Of a stretch of 64,000 nucleotides of DNA, positions 12,400-26,010 are shown piece by piece. The stretch comes from Amphiscolops sp. MND2022. Its lineage: Eukaryota. The notes under the pieces were generated by a model. It was not told where the DNA came from and searched no databases. It saw nothing but the letters and a program-made list of their open reading frames with translations. How positions within the stretch are numbered: position 1 is the stretch's first letter; the number at the start of each line of letters is the position of its first letter. A program made the translations under genes and the position numbers. Where the stretch lies: NCBI GenBank assembly GCA_964187785.1, contig OZ076409.1, positions 89,282,001-89,346,000 on the forward strand. Direction: 5' to 3'.

Positions 12400-15300
12400 T
12401 AATGTTAAGCAATCAAACACACTGCAGCTTTTGTCAGACCCATCTACGTAGTCGCGGCCTATGGTGTGCGATATGTGGATATGGCACACGAAATGCAGCG
12501 GTCTGACTGCTGCAAAAGACTGGTCCAAAGGTTTCACCTGTGTACGCTGCCGAAGATCACATCCAAGCGAAGTCGCCAACTCTCCAGCCGTCGAACCACT
12601 GAATTCAACCAGTTACCCGAGCACCGCCACACACCAGAGACAAGACCTGATTGATGAACTGAACGAAGAACTATCAGTAGATGGTTTCTGGGCAAAATTC
12701 ATTCCCGAAATAACAAATCAAATTAAAGATTTTTATAATCAAGTGGCTCATTGGAAACCTCTGTTCATTACGCTACTTCAAAAACAAACTGGGCATAAAT
12801 TTGTTGAAACAATGGACCGCATACTTGCTGCATTTGCAGTGAAACAAAGCAATGAAAACATAGCTCTGTATGCAGCAATGCTAATGCCTCATTTAGTCTT
12901 AGCAAGGACTACGTCTGAGCTAGATGCGTCGAGGAACGAGACGACAACCAGGCGACTGAAAATGTGGCTAAACGTCGAAATCGAACAACTTTTCAAGGAG
13001 GCAGAGGCATCACAGAAACGAACAACGAAATCAAAATCGAACAAAAGAACAAGAGATATGTTCCGAGACTTCGATGCACACAAGTCCTCTGGAAAAATCT
13101 CAAATGCCTTACGGAGTGTTAACGACTGTGACAGGCGGAGTACTATCTCTATCAGAAAAAATTGAAAACAACACTGTTTTCGATATATTGAAGGATAAGC
13201 AACCCCCAGCTAAAAACTGCGACAACGGGTACGTAGTTGCAAGTTCCGGAAACAATCTGCCCTACCATCCGTAATTTCGACAGAATACAAGCAGGAGCCA
13301 TTCGTAGGTCCGGAATGAAAACACACGGGAGCCACGGACCCTCCGGTGTGGATGCAAATGAATGGCGGCGCTGGATGTTCAGTTTTAGCCAGCCATCGAC
13401 GTCGCTCTGCCGTACGTTCGCCCGCTTAGCCGTGAGGATCGCTACTGAAGAAATTGATAATGAAGCACTGATGCCGTACAATGCCTGCCGCCTGATAATC
13501 CTCGACAAGAACCCAAGGGGTACGGCCAATTGGGGTTGGGGAAGTTCTCAGACGAGTCATAGGAAGAACCATACTGCGCTGTGTAGAGAATGACCTGAAG
13601 CTCTTAGGCAAAAACCTACAACTTTGTCTCGGTCAGAAATGCGGAATCGAACACGCTATACATAGCCTCAGGAAACAGTTCGAGACCCCTGAAACTCAAG
13701 GCAGTTTGCTCATCGATGCAAAGAACGCTTTTAATAGCCTGAACAGGGATCTCGCGCTCCGGAACATCGGAAAACTATGTCCGTCAATTATAACAGCTAT
13801 CAGGAATTCGTACAAAACACCGACAAGTCTTTTCGTCAACGGCAAAACCTTGCAATCACAAGAGGGAACAACTCAAGGAGATCCTCTTGCCATGGCGATG
13901 TACGGAATTGCTATCTTACCGTTGATTGATCTGATTCAAAAACAAACATCACTCAGCAGTGGTACGGCGACGACGGCAATGTAACAGGCAGTCTCAAAGA
14001 CCTAAACGCGGTCCACGAACAATTGAAACAGCATGGACCGGCTTTCGGCTACACACTGACAAAATTTAACATCATTGCAAAATCCGATCTTATGAAGCAA
14101 GCTCAAAGTCTATTCAACAAAGAAGACGTTGTAATCGTTGTTGGACATCGTGTCATCGGCTCGGTAAAAGGATCAGACGCTGCTTGTGACAAGTTCAGAA
14201 GCCATAAACAAAGTGAATACAACCAGATCGTAGAGAAGTTGTCAAAACACGCAAAAGTTTCCCCCCAAAACGTATTTCACTGCTTTACCAAAGGTCTCCA
14301 AAACAAAGTCACTTTTCTCTCAAGGACGACTCCCAATTTCATAGTAAACTTCGGAGAAACAGAAAGAAAGATCAAGGAAAACCTGATCTCAGCAATAACT
14401 GGCAAAAGTAACATCACGGACGAGGAACAGTCTCTTTTTCCCTGCCCGTAAGGGACGGTGGACTTAACATAGTACATCCTGAAGACAGAGTAGAAGAATT
14501 GAACTTCTCGAAACAAATGGCAGCTTGTTTGGACAATGACGTTGACCTGGAAGCTCAACAGTCTCTAATCGTAAAACAGATTAGAAAAGAAAAGTCCACA
14601 AGAATTCAAGAAAAGATATCAGTTTTGAAAGAAAAACTCGATGAAAATCAACAAAATGGACTAGATCTGTCAATTGGAAATGGTTCATCAAGCTGGCTTA
14701 ACACGCTGCCACTCAAACGATATCACTTTGATCTAACGAAAACGGAATTCCGCGACGGTTTGGCCCTGCGTTATGGGTGGGAACCACTGAAAACACCGGC
14801 AATGTGTCCCTGTGGAGAGCTTTTCAGTCTCTCACTTTCCCTCCAATGCAATAAAGGAGGGTACACCCAGATGCGACATAACGAAAGTCGCGACACGTTC
14901 GCCTCCGATATGAAAGAAGTCTGCTACGATGTTGAAATTGAGCCAAAACATCAGCCTTTGGAAGGTGAGTCCTTCGTTCACAAAACAACGACAACTGAAG
15001 ATGAGGCGAGATTAGACATTAAAGCAAACGGACTTTGGGATTCTCGTTTCTGTAGAACTTTTTCGACGTCAAGATCTTCAACCCGCTTGCTAGAACATGT
15101 CCCAAAAATGTCAACGAAGCTTATAAATTCCATGAATCTCAAAAGAAACTCAAATACGAGTCCAGAATCATAAACGTGGAAAAAAGCACCTTTAACGCCC
15201 CCATCTTTGCATGTACAGGTGGCGCTGGACCATCAGCCACAAAAGTAATTACCCGACTAGCAGCAAAAATCAACGAAAAAGGATCAGAAAGCTACGCCGA

Positions 15301-15448
15301 CGCGATTAGCTACATTAGAACCAAGATGAGTTTTGCCCTTCTACGTAGTTCTGTCCTCTGTCTCAGAGGCTGCAGAGCGACACGCCGCCAACAAGCAATC
15401 GTAGAGTCATCCATCAGTGCTATAGTTCACGAGGGAGGGCTGTCATAA
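12400..15448 (+). mobile_element. Degenerate CRE-like non-LTR retrotransposon ORF (PHD-like finger, RT, zinc knuckle, restriction-like endonuclease)
   Basis: Motifs WHTKC...FTCVRC, GPSGVDA, LIDAKNAFNSLNR, GTTQGDPLAM, WYGDDG (13970-13980), CPCG...CNKGG...RHN and ARLDI. Multiple frameshifts. Confidence 0.85.
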
Positions 15449-16796
15449 ATCTGACAATCATTCGGGTGCTTACCATGAAACCAAATAATTTCCGATCAAT
15501 AATATTTGAGATACACTGTCCTAATTTATAAATTACCCTCCACTTACCGACGTTTTCCAAACTTATTTTATGGGACCGCTATTGACACTGTAAGGAGGCT
15601 CTGCAGCTTGCAGCGTACTGACACCCAAACCCTTTTCACTGACACGCCCTCCATGTGCTAAGGGCAAAAAATTCTATATCTCTTTACACCATATCACGAT
15701 TTCAGTATGCGCGATCCTCTTGTAGCTTCCCCGTAAAGACCCTAGGGGACCTATTTTTACTGACAGGGCCTGGCAATTAAAAATTGAATAGTTGGGGACA
15801 AAAAATAATAATTGATGAAAACACTTGCCAATCAATAATTGATACCAATAAATGCAATAAATGAATCACAAGAAACAGTAAAAATTGAACATAAAAATCA
15901 ATCGAAAAAAAAACAATTACAAAACGATGGGTGGGGTAGGTAATATGGATTCGGCCAGGGATTTCATCCCCTGCAATGTTCGCCCCAGTGGGTCAGATTC
16001 TCCACGTGTTACTGACAACCTCATTGTATTTCGTATTGAAATGCCACAAGAAGTAGCCCAGGAGTCGTTGTTTTAGTCCTTGAGGGTTTTTGAAATTGAC
16101 TGATCTCGGAAGTCTGTTTATGAGCGCACCAGTCATAAAGAAGAAATAATAAGTCTCGACAAATTTTCTTTTGGGTTTCTTATCAAATCTCAGACAGTCA
16201 CTCGATCAGAGTCCCTCAAACAAATATAAGCACTGAAGTTATAATCATAAAGCCCGTTTACACATTTTGACGTTGTCAGTGGATCTTGGAGGGGTGACAC
16301 GAATCTGGTCCAACACTTTCGGTCGAATTTCAAGCGATAAGCTGCGGTAGAAATAACGGAATCGAAATAAAATGATCGAATCCTCGCATCGAAATTGTAT
16401 CGAGTATAAAACGTGCCTCGAATATGTCTCCATTTCCTCTAGTGCCCCGCGGTCCCTTCGGGCCGCTTATGTTGCCATTTTGCTAAGCGAGGTCGAACAG
16501 GAGCAAGAGTAAAGTGTACGAAGGAGAATTTTGTTTTTTTTTTCAAATTATTTAGATAGTTTCGGGGTCTCCATTGATCCATCGCAAACTTTTTTTTAAA
16601 CAGTTTTTGCAACATTGAAAAGACTGATTCATACGTTACTGCCGTAGATCAAAATGGGCACTACTTTGGATTTTTAAACATTTAGCTCAGCGGTAGATAA
16701 CATTGGTGAGCTTCTCTTGACCATCCAGAGTACATTCCTTGAGTTGGTAACTGCTTTTCTATTGTGTTCGTACTATTTCAGATCGTCTGATAAAAC

Positions 16797-17439
16797 CATG
16801 GATTTAATTACCATGTGCGATTTTTCGCATGCGATAGCGATATATCGCACGCATTTTGCAATCGCAATGTGTGAAATTTTGCCATCGCAAACTCTGAGAT
16901 GCGATATATTTAGCAAAAAGTCAGATTTATCGCAAAATGTATTTGCGATACATCGCAAAAAGCGATGAATATGCGATAAATCGGTATTAAGTAATCCGGC
17001 AAAACGAAGTAAAATACACCGAGACAATTGAAAACTGAACGTAAAATGCTCCATTGACGCAATTGCAGTCCTAAATCTATTGTTGCTGTCAAGCTTGTCC
17101 TATCAGTTGTTCAGTTCTTCAGTCAAGCTCAGCGATATCCACTCGAGATTTTGATATAATATAGTCCTATATTCATAAAGTACGAAGCGCGCTTGAAAGT
17201 TTGATATATTATAGTCCTATAATCATACAGTACAAGAGTACGAAGCGCGATTGAAAGTTTGATATATTAGACGTTTAGCGTCTAAAAAGCGATAAATCAT
17301 TGCTAGATTTTCAGAAAACGCGATAGCGTAACCGATAAATTTTTTTGAACATAGCAAAATTTTACTTTGACTGCGATGCGATGTTTTTTAGAAGACTGCG
17401 ATAGCGATGATTGAAAAAAGCGATGTATGTAAATCCTTG
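16797..17439. mobile_element. hAT MITE (643 bp)
   Basis: TIRs CATGGATTTA and TAAATCCTTG, a perfect 8-bp TSD (GATAAAAC), and many subterminal GCGAT/ATCGC motifs. Confidence 0.85.
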
Positions 17440-18330
17440 GATAAAACTACACCAAGATCTTTCTGAAGCGATTTCTTTTTATTTGGTTGACCTGGAAAGT
17501 ATAAAAGATTATCTTGTGGTGGGAATGACATGTGTGAGCACTTGTCAAGGTTTAGGTGTAATCTTTGGATTTAACACCATTTCTCATTTCGCGAAAGATC
17601 AAGTTGAAATTTAAGACCAGGTGCTCCGATGTGGAAGAAAGTTGCATTGTCGGCACTTAGTAGAGGGATAGAATTGTGACAGTTTCCAGGCAAGTCAATA
17701 ATACAAATTAGGAAGAGTAGACTAGTGAGAATAGAGCCTTGGGGACACCACTTGTTACGTTGACGTAATCTGAACCATGACAGTTGACTTTGACACGTTG
17801 ACACGTTGTCCACGATTGGTTAGATATGATTTCAAGAGATTAGACAGTTTTCCTTGAACACCATATTCGTGGACTTTTCGCAAAAGTAGGCAGTGATCAT
17901 TATGGTCGAAGGCTTTCTCGTAGACTGTATATACCATATTGACTAGTTTACCTTCCTCCAGTGATTTATAGTTCTTTAACCAGAAACGGAAGAACACAAG
18001 AACGACGTTTTCGTAATCCAAATTGGGCATGACTAAAAATTTGTTCGAAGTTTTATATAGATCCAAGTAAACACATCTTTCGAGAACTTTTGAAGCAATT
18101 GTTAGTGTTGGAGTGATACTTGTCTGTAGTTTTCGACATCAGATTTGCTTTTTTTTGAAAGTTGGAGATACTGTTGATACGTTCCAACCCTTTGGGAATA
18201 CACCTGTTTGTTTTATTTTGTAGAAAATTTGAGAAAAGGATTTGCTGCTTAATTTATTGGCACCTTTTTTGAACACAATTGGTGGGATTCCGTCAGAACC
18301 GGTAGGTTTTGTATCATCAAGACCTTCAGC

Positions 18331-20673
18331 CAGGGAGTTCGATATATTGGAAACCGGGGATATCTATCATCATTTCTTTTAAAAATATCGATTTTGATAT
18401 CGAATATCGATGCAAATACCCAAATATATCGAAAAATGAATAATCTCCTCCGCAATTATGTTGTGAATGGATACATTCACATGTTCGATGAGATGAATAC
18501 AAAAACCTCTCCGAGTATAATTTTTGAGCCGAAGTCAACGTGACCGACCGAAAGAACTCTCCTAGATCACTTCAAGTAGGAAAAAAAACAAATAAGAAAA
18601 GATTTAAATATCGACCAGGAATGTAAACAATGATTATGCTTATCAATACGACTTCTTGTTGTTCAGAAAAAACTTTTCTAGCATGGTTTTCTGGTATGAG
18701 CTGGGACTGCAGATATGACTCAAGAAAATTTTAACTCAAGAAAACAACCACTCAAGATCCACACTAGCTGGAACAAAACTGGAGCTTAGGGTTTCGATTA
18801 TATCAAACTCACCAAAACGGACTGAAGAAGTTTCCTTAAAATATCTGTAGGAAGCTTTCGCGGGATTTAATTGGTATTAATGTTCTTCAATGTTATCGCT
18901 GTTTCCACTCGTTCTTCTTCATCTTATATAATCATAGAAAGGACCACCTGAGTAGAGAATTGCCTCAACTATTGTGTTGTGCGCCAGCCATTTTCCCATA
19001 CTTCTTTAATCGCTTGCTTGAAGGGGCCTGAAACCATCTCTTGCTTCAAAAAAACGTAATATAACTGATGCAGATTTCGCATTTGCTTCTCGACTCTATA
19101 AGTAGAATACGCAATACCGGAAAGGGGAAAGGAAATCAACAAGTTGTTTCAAGTAATCCCAGTCAAAGTCGGGTAATTCAAATACAACCTGGAGAAACGA
19201 CCTTGTGTTAATCGTTTTTCAAGTTGTGCGTTCAACGCACTGCATGTTATCTTGTCAAAGCCAAGTCTTCGGTAAAATCCCTGCAAGACTTTAGATTCAA
19301 TAACCTGCTTAATGGAGAAGTTATCTTCATATACGAGCTTGGCTGCTTGGTCAAGTCCTCTTTTATGTTTTGATGAAGTTGCGTAGCTGAGAGTCTGTTG
19401 ACCAGTTGGTAAAACAGTTGTCGTTTTGTTGATTCACTTTTGATATTGATTTCTCATGTTGCTTGTGTTGCCGCTGAGTTGTATTACATTTCCCCATTTT
19501 TTACAAGGACGGTTTTCGTTTTCCCGAATATTGACAAATTCTGTTACAAAGTGACGGTCTGATCGTTTTTTAATGCTACGTCAGTCTCAGTTTTGAAATG
19601 GGCGGTCTCGTAGGATTTCAACATCTATTCCTCTCGGACAGGAACTTGCGCATTACAGTGCACAGGCAAGCCTTATTTGCTGAAAGCGCAGCATAGTGCG
19701 TTCAATATCGTGGATTCCAAGACCATACCTTTAACCGTGCAAAATTGGCAAATTACGTCATTTGTCCCGGATTCCAGGGATTTAGTCCTGGATTCCAGTA
19801 ACATATGCTTAGCTGTACGAACTGTCGGCATGCAGCGGTGTCCCGGATTCCACAAAAACGTAAGTTTTCCGAAATGAACCAATCAGATTGCAGAAATCGT
19901 AAATTTCCTGGATTCCACGACTTTATGCTGGACGCGATACGCGGCATTTCTTGTTTGAATTAAATTCAAGTGGATGACTGAACAAACATGATATTATGCA
20001 CTACTTTTCGTATATTAATTCAAAATGATTCAGACAATCACACCAATATCACACAAATTTTTTGTATTTTTCAGTTTATTACCAGTTTTGAAAAAACTGC
20101 AAGATCATCACAATCTGCCATTATTTGATGACTTGCTTCATTTTTGGTACCAGTCACGAGTATCTCTATTCGTACTTCTTGGATTTTTTTTGTCAATCAA
20201 AACAATTTCCTTTGATATAAAATTGAATTAATTTAAAAAGATTATTCAAAATCAGTGGACCAATCAGAGAGCAGCGGCAAAAGTGTCATTATAGCAGCAG
20301 TGTTGGCGTGGAATCCAGGACAAGCACTGTCGTGGAATCCAAGAAACGCTTAACATCAAAGAGAAATTTTGTCCTGGATTCCACGACTTTTCTCAATTTT
20401 CGTGTCCCGGATTCCACGAAAATCAGCGAAAAGCTTGCCTGTGCACTGTAATGCGACATCGGCAACAGTAGTACACATTCTTGAATACAAAATCGAATGA
20501 TTTGGAATAATTGTTACACTTTGGCAATTTTTGCCGAAATATCGAAAGTTTCATATCGAAATGGGTATCGAAATTGAAATTTGTCCGCGTGTCATATCGA
20601 AATCGGTATTGGTATCGACATATCGATATATCAATTTTAAGATTTTAAGTTCGATATTCAATGAAACTCCCTG
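18331..20673 (-). mobile_element. hAT transposon with a decayed transposase
   Basis: TIRs CAGGGAGTT and AACTCCCTG, a perfect 8-bp TSD (CCTTCAGC), subterminal ATATCG repeats, and an SERF-like C-terminal remnant near 18510. Confidence 0.8.
19656..20448. mobile_element. Tc1/mariner-type MITE
   Basis: Ends are TA|CAGTGCACAGGCAAGC and GCTTGCCTGTGCACTG|TA. An internal GGATTCCA/TGGAATCC motif is repeated about 10 times. Confidence 0.8.
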
Positions 20674-23600
20674 CCTTCAGCGAAACATTCAATCCTGTTG
20701 ATATACGAGTCAAATTCTTCTAAAATCGGGAAAACTGGAACATTTGAGGTATGATGTCACTATATTCGATGAAAATTGATGCACAAAATTTCAAAAAAAA
20801 AGTTTCTATTGTGAAAGTTGGTCAGTTGCAAATTCGTCACTGAGATGAATTGAAGTTGGAATTTGAGTGGTGGCAAATGTTCGATAGTACTTAAAGTGTG
20901 ACCCAGTATTGCGGCAGGCAGAAAGTTTTGCTTCATAGTCAGATTTGCTTCGTCCAGGTTATGACATCGATGTTGTGATTTACCAAAAGTAAATCGAGTA
21001 TTCCCGAGGTTGCTGTTGGAAAGTCAATAATTTGATTCATACCGTGACCTTATCATAAACCTAGTAGAGGTTGTTTGTGATCGTTCTTTAGCATTCGTAT
21101 GTCCCAGTCAACATCATGCAGATTTAAATCACCGTCAATTGAAACGTAATCTTGAAGTGCACACAGGTTGAATATTTCCTCAATTATATCGATCCTTTCA
21201 TCTGCTTTGATGAAATAAGGACTGTCCGATGGGGGTTATACAAATATACAAGGAGAAGTTTTTCATTATAATTATTCAAGGTACATGCTTCTGCTGATTC
21301 TTTCGGAGCGCTAGCTATCACTAGTGTGGTAGTATCAAAGTGAAATTTCATACCAAATATGACACCTTCATGTTTGTTGACAAAGGTAACACCTCCACGT
21401 TTGTTCATTAAACTGGCAGCTTTACACTCTGATCTATAGAAAGAATAGTTTGGTAAAAACAGTTCATTGCGTACATTTCTTCATAGAGCCAAGTCTCACA
21501 TACGACGAGTTTTTCAATGTATGACAAGTTGATTAAGTTGGCAACTTTCATATGTTTTTTGAGGTTGATTAGGCTCAAAATTCTTAGCAACAGAAGGTTC
21601 CAATATTCAATTTTATCGATGTTCATTTGCTGTAGTCACCAGAAGTGTTCACTTCTACTTGAGTGTGGTATAGTTTTAAATTTCGAATTTACAGCCTGTC
21701 TCTAGACTAAATTTTGTCGATGATCAGTTTCCATCTCATGTATAGGCATTTCTTTTCGAGGTCTTGTTCATCTTTAGTGAGCGTTTTACCAACATGAACT
21801 TTACAATATTTTGCTTTATTAAATCCGTCATTCGTGTGTGCTCTGGACAGGATTTTCGCACTGTCCTTGTGTTCGTAAGACTCAACAGAAGCGGCCGGGG
21901 TCTTTGATCATTTTCAACTGGTTTCCACGTTCCCAGTCTATGAAAATCTGAGACACAAGAAAGGTCTTCGCTAAAGTGATTCAAAACCTTTTCAACTTCA
22001 TTTTTATCATGTTTCATTGTTTGAAGATGACCGACTTTTTCATTTTCATCTTTTGAAAGATAATCACTGATTCCCGCAGTTTTTATCTCAAGAGAAGCTT
22101 GTTGCTTAGGATAAAGAATATTGTTATTGTTAGCATGAGAGTTAATAGAGGGGTCGATTGAGAAAAGAGGAATTGACTTATCGTTAAGTTCGTTGATGCT
22201 TACTTTGATTTCCTCGATAGTTTTGGCAATCTCCAGTTTGTCGACTGATAGCACTTTCTTCACTGATTTGGTACAAGCATTGCAAAGCCAGAAACAACCG
22301 TCTGCTTCGAGGATTACCAGAGGGCCTTCGGGTAGCTTTGAGCAGCTATGATGGAACCAACTGTCACATTTGTCGCATTTGATAGAGTCATCAGTTTCTT
22401 CAACTGCATTCGAGCGCGAGAGAGACGAGCGAGTAGAAGTACTGATGATTCTTCCCGTCGAGCCATCATTGTTGATGTCATACAGTTATATGAAACCATT
22501 TATTAGGTTTAATAAGTATATTAAGTTATATCAATCGGAAAGGTTTTATCGGTCCAGTTTTTTTATTCGCTCGCAGAAACGGCTGTTGTTCCAAATGTTG
22601 GGGTTATATTCTGTCTCAAATCTTTGAGGGCATAGCAAATTGGTTGCAAGTTGGTATATTTTTTTGTAAGATCACTCTCGACAAACTCGAATGGCTTGAG
22701 TTCTACACACACCCAATCCAACCAACCATACAAAATTTGAGTTTTTTTTGCTTACGATACAATAAATTTGGTGACTCAATGTTGGCTGATCAGGTATATT
22801 ATTTACCACTGTTTCACGTTTCTGCTGATGTTGCACTTTATTTTGAGTATACAAATTGCTCCACCTGAACCTTCTCGCTGCTTCAGTTTTCGGCCACATT
22901 TGCAGAGCCAAGTATCACGATCACTTTCGAGTAGCTTAAAAGAATGATTTACAGATCTCAGCCTTGTTTTTCTGACATGCTGTCCTGAAAGATACTTGCG
23001 AACGATTATTGCAATTAATGAAAGCACGCAATCACTTATTGATGATTAGAAAGAATAGTAATTAAATAATTGATTATCAATTATTGCAATTAAATGGAAA
23101 ATCAATTTTTAATTGCCAGCCCTTGTTTACTGGTGTTTCATTTTTTATTCTGAGAAGTTGAAAAATCTCTCCGAAAATAACAAATGGTTCTTCATGGTGA
23201 ACAAAAATTTCCCACCAGGAGTAGTCAGTTATTCTCTAGTAGACTGGAAACAAACGACGTCTACAAAAACTGAGCACTTAGAATGTCAGTAAGTTGACTG
23301 CCCTACTCACATGAATAAAACTATCCAAACTTGATTTTTACAAGTTCTTCAGATGTGGACTTTGCGGTAATTCCAGATCGCCTCTTTGATCGTTTTTCTA
23401 TGGTGTCCCAGTTCTAAGTAGACGGTGTGAACTTGGAAATTTTCAACTCTCCACTTCTTTTCAATGCTCCTTATTCGGGTCGCGCTTTTTAACCAGAACT
23501 TGAGTGAGTGCATTCTCAAAATTCAATTCTAGTTGCTATGTTTACGGAAATTGGAGAGCCGATTTTAGCATGCTAAGGTGATTGCATGGTTTGCGGAAAA

Positions 23601-25299
23601 TCATTTGACACCATAAAAGAAGAAATAATTTCCATTTTTATCGAACAAACTCACATAGATAGGAAATCATACCATATGCGCCTACGAAGAAGGAACGCTT
23701 TTCAAGCAGGAATGTTAGCGGGCTTTTTTATATAGGTCGCGAGGGGAGCGTCGCAGGCTGGCACCTGCGTTCGCAACCAAACTCAAGTGACTCCCAACAA
23801 TTGGAACAGTTTTTCGACACCGTGTGGAGTTTTGCAACTATGGAATAGCCAGAAAGACCTCCGGTCCAACCGAATACAAACAGTTTTATAAATTACAACT
23901 TCCATTTCTATTTTTTTTTGAGTTTGAAAACATTTGTTTTATTTTGTTACCATCATGAATCTATTTCTTAACTGCCATGTAAACCAGTAATATTTTCCTG
24001 TGTGTAGAAAAAGTGGATTAATTGTTCAATGTTAAGGTTAACTTGTAAGCTCAAACGAAACGCGTTCTAATAGATTACCGCATTAGTCTAGTCGGCGCGT
24101 TGTCCACTCACTCATATAGCCTATCATGTGTCAGTATTCAATTAGTTGGTTGGACCGTGAATTTGCGATTTACGAGTATATTTGGAAAAAAAATGTCAGA
24201 GAGATGTTGATGATGCTTTTAGACTTGAAAAGCGTACCGCGTTCCCCCAATCTATTTATGGCATTCGAATCTTGTCTTGATGCTATATTTATCCCGAAGT
24301 CAGGAAAACGTCATTTTGACGTCAGCCCTGAGGGTCTACTTTCATATTACGATTTGCATAACTCTGAATGTCGTGGTGCGTGCTTTATAAACAGTAGTCC
24401 CTTCAGAACTAGGGCAAACAACTGTCACCTCTACGATGGTGACATTTAGAGACAAAGTGATGCTAACTACAATCTGATACTCTCATTTTAGATCAACAAT
24501 TGTTCCTATTTTTGTTGTTCGTTGAATTAATTCCAAAACATAGAACATAAAAAGTTCAAAAATATACTCTTCACTGAGCAATCACCTTTTAAATGCCTTC
24601 AAAAAGGAAGCAGAGATCGAAAGAAAAATTTTCGAGGTTTTCGGACGTGACGTCGATGTTAAGAAATTTACCCAAGAAATGAAACAAAAAAACCATAACG
24701 AGCCAAATATGCAAACGGATCTTGAGTCCAATGGACCTAGACAAGACAGCAGTCCCTTCCGTGAAAATTTCAGGTCATTGTGAAACACAAACAGTAGAGA
24801 AATTGGCGAGGTTAGTGCTTAGACCGGTATAGTGAATAACACAGAGATCACCGTCCAGATCGCAAATATCAAGAATCCTGGATGCAATCAAAATACACTT
24901 GAATTTTCAAATATAAGAAGCAGTCAACCCAGCAATTGCTCAAAAGGTATTGCCTTCTATTCAAAGTACCCTTGGTAAGCAGGAGAAGGGTTTTAAAGCA
25001 AACGTGGACCGCAGGTCCAGTTGACTAATCAGAAACACCGAAGCTGAAAATAGTGAGAAAACATGGGAAACTTATAGTGAACCAAACACTAATTAAGGTA
25101 GTCAAGGTGAACACACGGGATAGCTCAATTGACTCGCTTAAGAATGACGATGGTTACGTCAGGTTTGGTCGAAAAATCCCTGGAACTGTCAAACTTCAAA
25201 ACAGTTTTCTGGAAGTTTAAATCAGCAATCTTTAATAGAAAAAATCTATGTGAAAGACACTAACGTGGTTTTGAAGTTTCGTGAAAAATCTAGACTGAA

Positions 25300-26010
25300 A
25301 ATGTTGTCTTCCATTTGCCATGGTCTGGAAAAGAACAGCAAAGACTGAAGTAACAGAACAGTAGTGACTTTATGAACCACCAGTCTGCCTATACTCTAAT
25401 GGTTTTGAGGACATTCCTCAAGTACCTTGACTATCGAAAACCTATTTTCTCAACTGCGATGACTGAACAACTAACTTTTGGATGCGACTTTTTTCCAACC
25501 TTCGTTCTGAAACTTTGTTGTCAAGTTATGGACACTGCTGTGCTTAGCCTTGCCCAATTGAATTAATCATTCGGACGACCATATTGGCATATCTTTCAAA
25601 AACTGCATTTGTCATTCCTGTGTTATTGAACAGCCCTGTTAACCTCGTGCGAAACGATTGCCCATTTCGTATCCCTGAGAAGATTTCTTCGGTCTTTGAA
25701 AAATTGTTATTGAGCTTCATACCTTCTGAACTACCAGTCATATCAAAAAATCACTCCTTGAGGACCAAGAGAAAAAGAGCACCTCTACGCAACTATAGTA
25801 AAATGTCGATATACTTTACTCCCTTTTTGATGAAGCCGTCTAGATGCAGTAGTTTGTTTTGATATCAACGAAGCGTTTAACTCTGCATCACTTGACTTAC
25901 TGCTGACCAAACTAGCACCAATTGATTTCGATGGAGATCTTCGACAACTTTCACCTTCTATTCATCAAGTAGGACACAATATGTGAAAAGCGATCTTGAC
26001 TGAAATTAAT
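25300..26010 (+). pseudogene. Highly decayed LINE RT remnant
   Basis: Fragments resembling RT motifs (SVFEKLL, FDINEAF...LLLTKL) broken by stops and frameshifts. Confidence 0.4.

Larger units (their letters stand above)
16550..22500 (-). mobile_element. Degenerate CR1/L2-like LINE (PHD-ORF1 ~21736-22500, APE ~20950-21626, RT ~17450-18320); boundaries approximate
   Basis: PHD-like CDKCDSWFHHSC...WLCNAC; APE motifs CETWL, RGGV and GDLNL; RT motifs KAFD, PQGSIL..LLFLI and ADN (degenerate FADD). Confidence 0.75.
15764..23125. mobile_element. hAT-type non-autonomous element (outer shell of a nested cluster)
   Basis: TIRs CAGGGCCTGGCAATTAAAAATTGA and TCAATTTTTAATTGCCAGCCCTTG. The 8-bp TSD is TTTACTGA/TTTACTGG. 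Confidence 0.75.
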
